Origin: Klebsormidium nitens
Lineage: Eukaryota; Plantae; Klebsormidiophyceae
Assembly (NCBI GenBank): GCA_000708835.1
Contig: DF237544.1
Coordinates: forward strand, 1 to 53,265
Direction: 5' to 3'
DNA: 53,265 nt
Shown here: one piece after another, positions 24,501-34,900 of the stretch
How the letters are laid out: each line of letters begins with the position of its first letter
How positions within the stretch are numbered: the stretch's first letter is position 1
Notes under the pieces: generated by a model
What the model was told of the DNA's origin: nothing
The model's input: only the letters and a program-made list of their open reading frames with translations
Databases searched by the model: none
Translations under genes and position numbers: made by a program

Positions 24501-24705
24501 ATGTGGGAAATGATGAAGACTTGACAGTCCTGGTATGCAGTCTAAGATTCGTTGATGTTCTCATTGGGTGCGGGCGCCAACTATGTGCGCTCTGTACTAG
24601 CATCGCATTCCCCTAAATTGACGTACTATTGACACTCGTTGTATCCCTCTACAGGAGAACGTGCGCCTGACAGTGGCGATGAGTCACAGCGGTTCCGCCC
24701 AAAAG
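17119..24705 (+). pseudogene. Coiled-coil gene CC-Y (paralog of CC-X and CC-Z) with a frameshifted exon; further small 3' exons probably extend to ~25700
   Basis: Exons 17119/17149-17565, 17968-18294, 18758-18830, 19222-19379, 19914-20168, 20515-20691, 21332-21481, 21957-22376, 23008-23353, 23729-23854, ~24154-24351, 24655-24705. Exon 23008-23353 is 346 nt between phase-0 junctions and switches frame near 23135. Confidence 0.65.
22203..22328 (+). repeat. Six 21-bp tandem units encoding heptads (EEAAAAR)n in CC-Y
   Basis: gaggaggcggccgcggcgcgg x2 followed by four degenerate copies. Confidence 0.9.
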
Positions 24706-27170
24706 GCAGGTTTCTGGCCCACTTTAATCACTCTGCCTCTTTATCTTCTCTTTATCCTTGCTTTCCACCAAAGCAAGATTGTTCTTGGTTCTTAGAATCT
24801 ACCGTGTCTTGCCCACTCTCGTGTCACTTTAGGGGTCAACAAGTGGTCCGAACGAACGGCAAATTTTCAAAGCAGGATCTGAAACAAGCGTCGTTCTTTC
24901 AGCAAAGCCTCCCACTAACGACCTGGGAATCAATTGTTTCTTCTGATATTGATGTTGTTTCTTCTGCGCAGTGGCTGGCGCAGGACCAGCGCATCAGGGA
25001 CAGGCGGAGGTGAGCTTTGGGCCTGGTGCCTTTTCCGCCTCCATGTAGCAAGTGGATTTGTCGGCTGTGTGATCCTTGCAACCTTCTCGGCGCTTGTTTG
25101 ATCCGTTCCTGCAGATCAGCTTCATCTGTTTCCTAGCCTCGAACAGGTGCCTGCGGGCGTGTTAAGTTTGCCACTTGCCACTTGACCACTTGTTCAGTCT
25201 GCTTGGACGGGTTCAGCAGCGAGAAAGGTGATCCGGAATGCTTTCCCGCGTTCAGGTGGATCAAATGCTCAAAAAGGAAGCAAAGAGGGCCAAAGAAGTA
25301 TAAAGCACATCCGCGGTAAGCAAATCGTAAACCTCTCTTTGACGTTCTCGAGTCGATCATGTTCGAAGCCGAAAAAGCTCACCGTTTCTCGCTGTACGCA
25401 ACCGTGAGCTTTCGACGGGGACTCGCCCACCCAGATTGATTTCTACTGAGCATGTGTCTGTGTGTTTTTCAGCGTTTGCTGACAGAATGTCGAATTCGAA
25501 ACTCGTAGATTACTGCAACCACGCTTGAACTTGCAGCAAGTCGTTCGTAATTGTTTGACGTCGTCCCTTCTCTCGCAGCCCACCACGCCAACAGTAGAGG
25601 ACTTGCCAGGCACCACATGGACTTTGTAATCTATTACAGCGCTTCGAACCGATACTTGACAAACCGAGATCAAGCATGAGAGAACAGCGTAAACTAGTCA
25701 CGGTCGCCTGTTTGAACAGTGAAACAGTGCCTTTGGCTTTAAGATAACCACGAGAACTGCTGCAAATACTGACCGGAATTGCGAACGGGCCCCCGACTGT
25801 TTGTCAGCGCGACAGCTAGATAAAAGCTTAAGCACGAGAAATTAATTTCCCGCGCCCGGCAACGGAAGTATGTTGTGCCCTGTTCATGTAGTGTAAAAGT
25901 TTTGTTTGACGGCACGAAAGAGTAGGAAGGGAAGCGGGAAGTAGTCACAGGCGAAAAGGTTAAGTTCGAAAGAAGGTGAACGTTCTTTTGAACAGAGCGA
26001 CAAATAGCAAAAAAAAAATCCTGAAATTTGCAGTTATGGCCACGTTTGCTTTTCTAGACGTATCACTGACACACCACTGACAGCTCCGTGTGATCTTACT
26101 GATTTGAGACTGGTAGGGAATCTCCAATCTGGCGACCGTCCGGACCGTGGTAATCTGTAATCATGTCAAACCAGCCTTATATCAGTGCGGCTTTGCGGGC
26201 CCGGGTTCTGACTGAGACATGCCGCTTGTGTCATTTGATCTATTACATCGTATAATAACATCTGCAAAATGATCATCATCTCATCTGCATACTAGAAAAA
26301 TAACCCTATAGCTTGCATTCATGTTGTCTATGTCTATTGTCTGCTTGGAGCTGAAGTTACACAAAAGCAGCCGGCGCAAACTTTCCTATTCCCGCTTACC
26401 TATCCGGATGATCTGGTCATGCACCTTATACTAACGCATGTGCATGAATCCGATCAAGTACGTCGCATCATCATATATACCGTATATGAAGAGAAACATT
26501 GCATGAACCGTGATCAATCAAACGTACGGGGCGGCCCGGAACCGCATGGTCTTCCATGTGACTCTAGCTATACTACTAGATCCTCATGCATGGCCTGAGC
26601 GCACATGGTTATAGCTGGTCACCGATCGCACTCGAAACGCTGTCGACGATCAAGTTGAATAGCTTGTTCTTATATAGAAGAATCCATCATTTTCATGAAG
26701 CTTGATCATTGCCAGGCGGCCCCTAAATATATTGCGGCCACGCGGTATGGCAATACTTGATGTTAAAGAAAAGTGACATACACCGAAAACACATGGAGCT
26801 GTAACAATATTGTACCGTCCACCGGCGTGTCAGTGTTTAAATGCTGGCGCGCGATTCAAAGGTGGCACAAATGAAAACGTTGCTCACGTTTAGCACATAT
26901 TCAATGGCGGTTCAAAACATACACTGTACTTATAACGATCAATCTACTACTGTCTGCATGCAAAGAAAGGCTGCCACTCTTAGACCTGGCCCTATAAGTG
27001 TTGCAACTACCTTTGACGCGTCAAAGACAAAATGCGGTTCGTCCAAAAACATCTACGATAGCTACGCAGATTCCTACGAGCCCATTCTATCAAAGGATCT
27101 AAGACTGGTTACTGATTAAATAAGCTTTCAAATAAGCTAAACTGTTCATTGCAACTATCAGTTTCTCTGT

Positions 27171-29207
27171 TTAAGTTATCTGTACATCGAGCGAGACCGG
27201 CATCTGCTGCAACAGAGTGCTTGGATCGATGCCCTTGCAGTCCCTTATTTCTAGCAAAGCTTTACTGCCGCACTTAGAATGAGCTCTCAACACACCAGGA
27301 GTGAGGCGCTCGTTGTTTTGCAGCCCTAGCCTCTTCAATTGTTGACAGTTACCTAGAATCTTTTCAACGGTAGTATCCGTCAGTTTAGGACAACCCATGA
27401 TCAGCAATTCCTCCAAACCCACTTCCTCAGAGACGCGCCGCAGCACGGAGTCCAGGGTGTCGGTAAACCAGCCAAGTTTTAGTGTCTTCAATTGGAGACC
27501 AGACCTGCACCAAAAGGGCCAATTAAATGATGTTGAGTTGTTATCCTATTACCAAGGCCTCAGAAGAAGAGCTCTCCAATCAGGAGCATAACTCACTCAA
27601 CCCGCAGCAGGCATTATTTAAGAAGAATCTAAAGACGAACCAATATTCAGTGCTGGTCACCTGACGAACTCTTTTAGCTGACAAACTCTTCCAAGATCAA
27701 CGAATGTTACATCAAACAATATTGAACGCACCTGCTGCGAGGAACGAAGAAAAGCCAGGGGTTGTTGATTAGGCCCAAGGTCCGGAGCTGGTGGCAGCGC
27801 GACGTCAGAACAGACACTCCCTCGTCGCTGACGCCATGCTCGCACGAAAGCTCCACGCAAGACAGGCCGGGGCAGCCGGCAGCGAAAGCTTGGAGAGTCT
27901 TGTCTTTCACCCAGCTGGCGTGCAGAATGAGCTCCCTCAGCCCAGGGCACCTCTTTGCTATCTGCTCGAGGCCCTCAGCCAGAAGGTCGGTATCCTCTGA
28001 CCCCATTCTAACGACAAGACGCACCAGTCCTGGGCAGGCTCCTGCGATTGATCCGATGCCGTCGTCAGTCACCGCGTCACAGGAGTCCAGCTCCAGCACC
28101 TCGAGCTTGCACCGGAGCCCCTCAAAGCCCCGCCCCCTGACTTTCGGACATTGTCTCAGGACCAGACTGCGCAATCCTGGACAACCCCTCAGCACCGCAC
28201 CCAGCCCCGCATCAGAGAGAGCCCCGCAGCCTTTCACATCAAGCTGCTCCAACAGAGTCTGCCGAGCCAGGTGGTTCACAAAAGCATCGTCTGGGCACGC
28301 CACAGCAGCCTCATCCCAAATCTTGATGATCCTCAGCTGGGAGAAGCGGTGAAGCAGGACAGGCAACGCAGCACTGTGGGGGGCTCTCTCTAGAGTCATG
28401 GTGTGCCGCGCCTCGCTAGAAACTTCCAACCACTCGCGACACACTAGAGAACAAACCTTGAGGTGCGTGTTTGAGAGTTTCTGCAAGAATTCGTACACGC
28501 ACCCCCTGTCCAGCCTCTCAAAGTGGCAGGCGTCTCCGCTGGGCTCTGCCAAAACCAAACTTTGAGACCTCCCACTGCCTGCACCCTCCTCTGTCCCCAC
28601 CCGCAGGCAGTGCCCCCTCAGTGGCGCCACACAAGCCCCGCTCGCACAGCTCAGCGCTCGCAAGCAACTGTGAAGCAACCAGCTCGTCTTTCTCCAGAGC
28701 AGGGACCAACTCATCTGAACCATCATGTGTTTGTTCAGGTCCCTGCATCTGAGAGGCCTCCCCGCTGAAGGATGTGTGCGTGAGAAGCGAGGGAGCGCGA
28801 GCGGAAGTCAAATGACCATCCTGGCTGCTGGAAGGAGGGGGGCTCTGAGAGGCGCAGCAAGCCAGGCCAAATGCCAAAGATGATGACTCAGGGACCAGGC
28901 TGGAAAGAATGTCCTGGTTATGCTCAAGTCCCTGAGTCTCGTCAGAGGTCACCTCGCAAGTGTGCTGCTCCTGTGGAAGGGCGCTGCTTGCGAGGGCCTC
29001 AACAACCTGGCTGCTGGAGAGAGGAGAAGACTGCGAGAGGGGGGCGGACTCGCAGAGAGGGGAGAAGAGAGCCTCGCATGTGCCACCGGCAGCGTCTCCA
29101 GTAGCTCTGAAGACCTGGTGGGCAATCCTATCCCCGAGAGCAAAAGCCCCCTCGACTATCTCCCAGACCCGCTCCTCGAAAGGAGTCAAGCGGGAAAAGA
29201 ACTCCAT
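27171..29207 (-). CDS. F-box/LRR protein FBXL-B, two exons (27732..29207, 27171..27504), with a frameshift at ~28600 upstream of the F-box (pseudogene or N-truncated gene)
   Basis: The N-terminal ORF MEFFSRLTPFEE... and the F-box/LRR ORF (LDRGCVYEFLQKL..CSLVCREW) lie in different frames because of a ~14-nt deletion relative to FBXL-A. Donor AG|GTGCGT and acceptor GTGCAG|G give the same 334-nt last exon as in A and C. Confidence 0.8.
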
Positions 29208-29361
29208 CTCTAACTAGCGGGGGCGCGCACACGCTAACAGCTGACTCTAGCTCTCTCGCTCACTGAACGCTGGAATGCACGTAAGCCAAAGCTCGCACAA
29301 GGGCGCCAAAAGCGCAAGAGCAAAACAAACTCGTGAAAGTTTGCACCCTCAGCAAACACAC

Positions 29362-29381
29362 NNNNNNNNNNNNNNNNNNNN
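29362..29381. other. Assembly gap (20 N) in the FBXL-B upstream region
   Basis: Run of n. Both flanks align colinearly with the upstream regions of FBXL-A and FBXL-C, so the true gap is probably small. Confidence 0.95.
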
Positions 29382-29634
29382 AAGCAAAACATTCGGCAGT
29401 TTGGCGAGCTGCAGCCCAGCTGCAGCTCCTGGAACTAGGAGTGGGGGCGAAGGTCTATCATCTATGATCTCGATGATCAGTTTCAAGTCTGGGCCGACCG
29501 TCCATCCAAGAACCGGCACTTCTGACGAGGGGTCTTCTCAAGAACCAAGCTTCTGGCAACCGCATTTGCCTGAGTTGCATCAGTTGTATTACTTGTCGTC
29601 TCAAGTCGGTAGTGCTACTTCTAAATGCAGGTTG

Positions 29635-30800
29635 AGTGCCGGCGTCGAATCCTAGTGTGGACAGGGATCCCTCCAGTCGCAAAGACGCACTCAACGGCTA
29701 CCTAGCCTGCAAGACGGAGCCGCAGCATGCAGTGCTTGCGTGGCGCGTCACCTTCCAGACTGCCAGATGGTCAACAAGGCAGAAGCAGACATCTTTGCAG
29801 AAGCCATTCTTCTACGGTAGAAGGACAATCTACCCGGTGTGTGCAGAGCCACATTGCGCACCACCATTCGACCATCCAACTTCAAGCTTTGGTAGGACAG
29901 GTTCTGGCCATTGGTAGGAATTTGCAAGGGCATCCCACGAGCATGCAGAAAGCTAGTCTGCCGAATTCCAGGTATGCTTTGAGAGAATCGATTCCTGCTC
30001 TGGACCAGTAGTCTGTTGGCATCGCAGGCGTTGAATGAGATGAGGTGCATTGATACAGTCCCTAGTCCTGATCTGCATTACTGAAGTGCAAGATGGAAAC
30101 CGGCAGTCTTGTCTGAAAGGAAACCCTTCAACCCAGAAGGATCTGGCAAGAGGGGTGAGCAAAAAGACGCAATCTCTGAAGAAGGTCCACGAGGTTTCAT
30201 CTTCCGGGAGCACAAGATGGCTCCGACGAGACAGAATTCAGCCTGCAGCAGGGTGGACACGGGCCTGAAGGTACGCGAAACATTAACGTGTCGTGTCACT
30301 CACACATTGCGGCTCTTGATGCTCATGACCTGTAACAGTAAGCAGAGTGATTGTGCAGAATGTACAAAGGGACCTTCCAAGACCCAAGTCTGAAGTGCTG
30401 CATCACCACCGCCTCCGCAAGGCTCTGCTAGTCCTTGAGGCTTTCATCTTGGTCAATCCTATATTGAAGTAAAAGCTCTCCGCCATGCGCTGGGTTCACA
30501 CTTGTTCTTGGCATTGTTCTTGCCTGCCTAGGGCACATCCACTCAACAATGTTGTGAGAGTCACGCCCTTCCTGTTGTGCAGGGCGTTCTTGCGGGTGCC
30601 CCCGAAGAACAAAGTCAGGCTGGAAGGCCCTCGGCGGGCACCATCGTTGGAAAGGCTTCTGCGGCGACAACGCAATTCTGCAGATTGGTGAGACACACGC
30701 AGAGTGGAGCTTCATTTCAACGGTGATTGGGAGCTCGTGTCCATCCTGTACGAGATCCTCCATACCACATCAGAGTTTGTGCTCCCCGTGATAGACAGCA
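29635..30800 (-). mobile_element. Second, partial copy of the decayed Copia remnant (gag region), duplicated together with the CC gene 5' region
   Basis: ALHNRKGVTLTTLLSGCALGRQ and GGELLLQYRIDQDESLKD match the 15770-15920 remnant. Confidence 0.55.
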
Positions 30801-31735
30801 GGAGAAGGCTTGTAGATAGGCTGTTGATCTTTGTTCAATGCATTGCACTTAGAATAGTTCTTGTTCCATGCATGCCCTGTACCTGGCTTTCTACATCTCT
30901 TCTGCTTCCTCTGAACCCTCGGCAAATGCTTTTTTCGTTGCTTCCAACTTCCTGAATCGCTACCTTTTGCAATGGGGAATGCTTAAAACAACACGTTGGG
31001 ACAGACAGCTGGCATTGTGTGTGCCGATTGCAACAAGGATTGTGTCTGAAAAAGGTGACAGGTGTCACCAGTCACCCGGCTCTGTTTGACCGAGAGTGGA
31101 TGGTAGGACTGACAGGTGGCAGTGTGTAGTCATCAGTCCACTGTCTGAGGCAGGGTTTGCTAATTGCTTTCACTGCGCTGATTCTTGAGGGAAGAAGGAT
31201 GGAAGAAAGACAGTTGTCTTTGAATGGGGCTGTTCTTGAACAAACGCTTTCGTTGACCAAGTTGGAACTCCAATCCTACGTGGCCTTACTGGTACTCACA
31301 TAACACTTTCGTATAACTTCAGAAGGTGTTTCTTGCCTGACCCAGACCCCCTACCGGGAACCAATTCGTCAAACCAGGAGGCGATGCATATCTTCCAAGG
31401 CCATAAGAAGCTTCTGATCTTGATCACATTCTCTGTCTTTGCAACAGGTTCGACGGGGATGTGAAGATGCGACTCAAGCGCGGGATCAAGTCAGACTATG
31501 TCAGAAGGACTTGGCCAAGAGGCCGCCCTGGGGAAGCGGGCTCACGCCTGGCAAACAGGTCAGTGCAGCATGCAGACTGCAAAGGTGGCTTGTAAGGTCT
31601 CTACATGAAGATCACTTTCACTTTGAAGAGCTCTTTGCACCAAGCAAATATGCTGCTCAAGAGAATGCTGACTGGTAGTAGTCTTTTCAAGTTTCAAAAC
31701 TTCTGTCAAAGCCAAAACTGAAATTCAGGTGCATG

Positions 31736-31748
31736 TGTGACAGGTGGC
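31736..31748 (+). promoter_or_regulatory. Candidate conserved cis-element TGTGACAGGTGGC upstream of CC-Z
   Basis: About 180 bp upstream of ATG 31929, the same position as in CC-X and CC-Y. Confidence 0.45.
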
Positions 31749-31901
31749 CTTCTTGTTGGACTTGAACGTTTACTCCCACGAGTTTCATCGGGAGTTGCTG
31801 TAATTAAATGCTGCCAGTAAATACTCAAGAAGATACTTCAATAACTGTCTCGCAGAATACTTTGACATACTACGCTTGTCTGTATCTCTTCACATTATAT
31901 T

Positions 31902-34900
31902 ATGGTCAACTTAGACTCTCTTGTGAATATGCATATCTGGTGCCCTTTTCGTCCGGACTTCTGCCAGCCCCTGCTTCCCTCTTTCTCGCAGCAGCGCAGC
32001 ACGCCCCTTCGCGTTGGCCCCCCCAGCCGCCACAGCAGAAGCTCCTTGGCTGCCCACCCCCACTGCACCCACGCAGCAGAAACCCCCGGAGAAGCAGCTC
32101 TTTCAACAAAGCGGACTCTGTCATTTGTGCCAGCGCCAGCACAGCTCGACGACGCGTCCGCACCCCAGGGGCCCACGCTGAGCAGGTCTGCCGGAGCTGC
32201 AGAAGGAGAAGAGGCGATATGGCCGCCGCACCATGGGGTACAGGTAGGTTAGCCAAGGAAACTCCTCAACCCTGCGATGCAAAGAATGGTTCTCCGTTCT
32301 GCGCGCACCGCTTGCTGCTTGCTGCTTGTGCTATGGGACGACAGCTAGCAGCACGTGTATGGTTACCTCGGTCAGAAAGATTGGCAGCTTGAGGAGGCTC
32401 TATTTTATGCGCGTGGCATCAGAAAAAGAAGGAGACTGTGACTTTTGGATTCATTCCGGATATGTGAGCCTCAAAATAAGACGGGATAGCTCAAAAAAAT
32501 ATGTGAATTCATTCCTTTGCAGGGATCGGCGGTGGCGGCCAAGCAGACCAAGAAGCAGATGGGAGACGTACACATTGCGGGAAAGCAATTGGCACAGGTC
32601 GATCCGGGTCAGGCAAATGTGAGTTTTATACCTTGGCATCAACTTTGAACGTCATCAGTGAACCACTGCATGTGTCCAAGCAAAGGCTTGCTGAAAGCTG
32701 GATGTCGTTTGGGGCGGTCCTGATAGGAAAATCTCGCTGTTGGCGGAAACAGCTTTGGGAGCTCCGTCAGAACGACGCAGCTTGAGATACAATTGCAAGA
32801 AATCAAAATTTGCGCCAAGCCAATCAACACAGACTCGGCCAGACCCATGCGTAACCTTTTGTGTACAGGCCGCCTCCCTCGCCCCGTCGTCCCCTCGCTC
32901 CCCCCTCGACCTCTGCACGCCTCAGACTGACGTCAGCAGAGCGGTCGCCGACTCGCCCCCGGTCCCCGCCACTGCGCAGCAGACAGGAGCCAGTGGAGAA
33001 GCCGACGCCAAGCACCGCGCGCCCCTCGAGGCGAAGCTCGCGCAGGCGCAGGCGGAGCGGGCCACGCTGCAGGCGGCGCTGGAGAAGGTGGAGCGCGCAC
33101 TGGACAGGGAGCTTCGCGCCGGGGTCACCTTGGAGCAGGGCTTTGCGCGCGCGCTCCAAGGAAGTGTGAAGACGGTCGAGGCTGCAGAAGCCGAGGTGAG
33201 AGCGGCGGACGATCTTCGTCGGAGGAAACCGCCGGTGAATCTGGGCTCCCTTACCTTGAAAACCTCACAGTTCCGGTTGACTCGACATATGCTTTCCGAC
33301 TTTGTTGGTTTGCAGCACTGGGCTGTAATATCCAACTGAATTTTCTTGATCGGTGTTGGCTGAGAGCAGACTGGGAGCGGGTGTTTGAGAGGCATCGTCT
33401 CTTGTTCAGGTTTCAGAAAGATGAGCCGTTTTGGAGTCGGAAGCAAATAGCTGTTTCATGCTGGGCTAGATGACGGTCTCCAGGGTAATGATGCTCTGCT
33501 AAGATTACGTAACGTGCATTCGGAGAGAATCTGCAAAACTTTTCGTTGTTGCCTGCTCAGGATTGCTTATCTATCATACGCTTTGGTCACGTAAGAAAAA
33601 GGACCTAAACTGCTCGTTAAGACATGTTTATTCATATGTGCAGGTTTAAAGAAAGCCATACGGTGCGGCAAAGAAGTCGCTCCGCCTTTTCTAGCAAATA
33701 TCGCGGCCGCCCCTGGAGTGAGTACGACGGAAGAGGGAAGAAGAGCGTTGGGTGTCGTCACTTTCGCAGAGCTTGTATCAACATGTGTCATTTGGGAAAA
33801 GAATCTGCATTAATCAACGGCTGCTTAGATTTTCGTTGAGTTGTCAGCGCGTCGAGGTTTGTAATAGACCGCTGAGTGGGGTTTTCCCTCCTTTGCAGTG
33901 CGCAACGAGCGGGACGACGCGGAGGCGCGTGCCCAGGCGGCGCTGGAGAGCGCACGCGCGGAGCTGAGCATCGCCGCTACTGAGAAGGAGGAGGCGCAGA
34001 CGCGCGCGCGGGCAGAGGCGCTCAAGCGCCAGCAGACGGAGGCAGAGGTGGGCTCTAGTGGATGGTAGTCCCTTTTGTCATGTGCGCAACCTGAGCCGCT
34101 GAGGCAAATCTTTGCTGTTTTAGAATTGGTTTGAAGTCCTCTAGCACGGTGCGAATCATAAAACGATCAGTTGCCGAACCCGATTCCTGCAGATCCTTCT
34201 CGAGTCAAGCTCTGGACTTGCTCTTACTCAGAAAATGCAGAGCATAGCACTGGAAGGCCCATACTTGAGGGTCGAATCATAAAAAGACTGTTTGACTCGT
34301 CCCTTTGTGGGCGAAATGCGTTCACACATGGTCATGCTTGAATGTGCTCGCACAATTTCTTTCTGATTGTCTCATGTATAATGCTGGCTATTCCTCGAAC
34401 GACGAGCGACTTTTCAGCTGGCAACCCGTTTTATTCCTGCCCATCAACAACTGCGTACTGCTGATGTCCAAAAGGAAGAGCGGCCAATCCACAGAAAAAC
34501 AAGCTTTTCAACGACGTTGTCCCCTGACGACATCAGAACGCCCTCTGACGTCATCAAAACGCGCTACTGGTCTATTTTGCGTCCAGGTCGAGAGCATGGC
34601 CCGCGAGTGCGCGGCTCTGCGCGCCTCCCTGACGGAAGAGCAGGCAGCGCGGGCTGCGGCGGCAGAGGGAGCGGAGGGCGAGCGCGAGCGCGGCCGCGAG
34701 GACGCCGACGTGGCGCTGCACGCGTCCGCCGAGACCATCGCGCGGCTGGAAGGAGAGTTGGCGCGCGCGCGGAGCGACGCGGCGGCTGCGGCATGCAAGC
34801 TGGAGGAGGTGGCGGCCAAGGTAAATATCCAGGGCCCACGAGCAGTGATTTGCCTTCCAAACAGCAAGTTTACGTCTATTTACAAGCTTGGAGCACTTAA

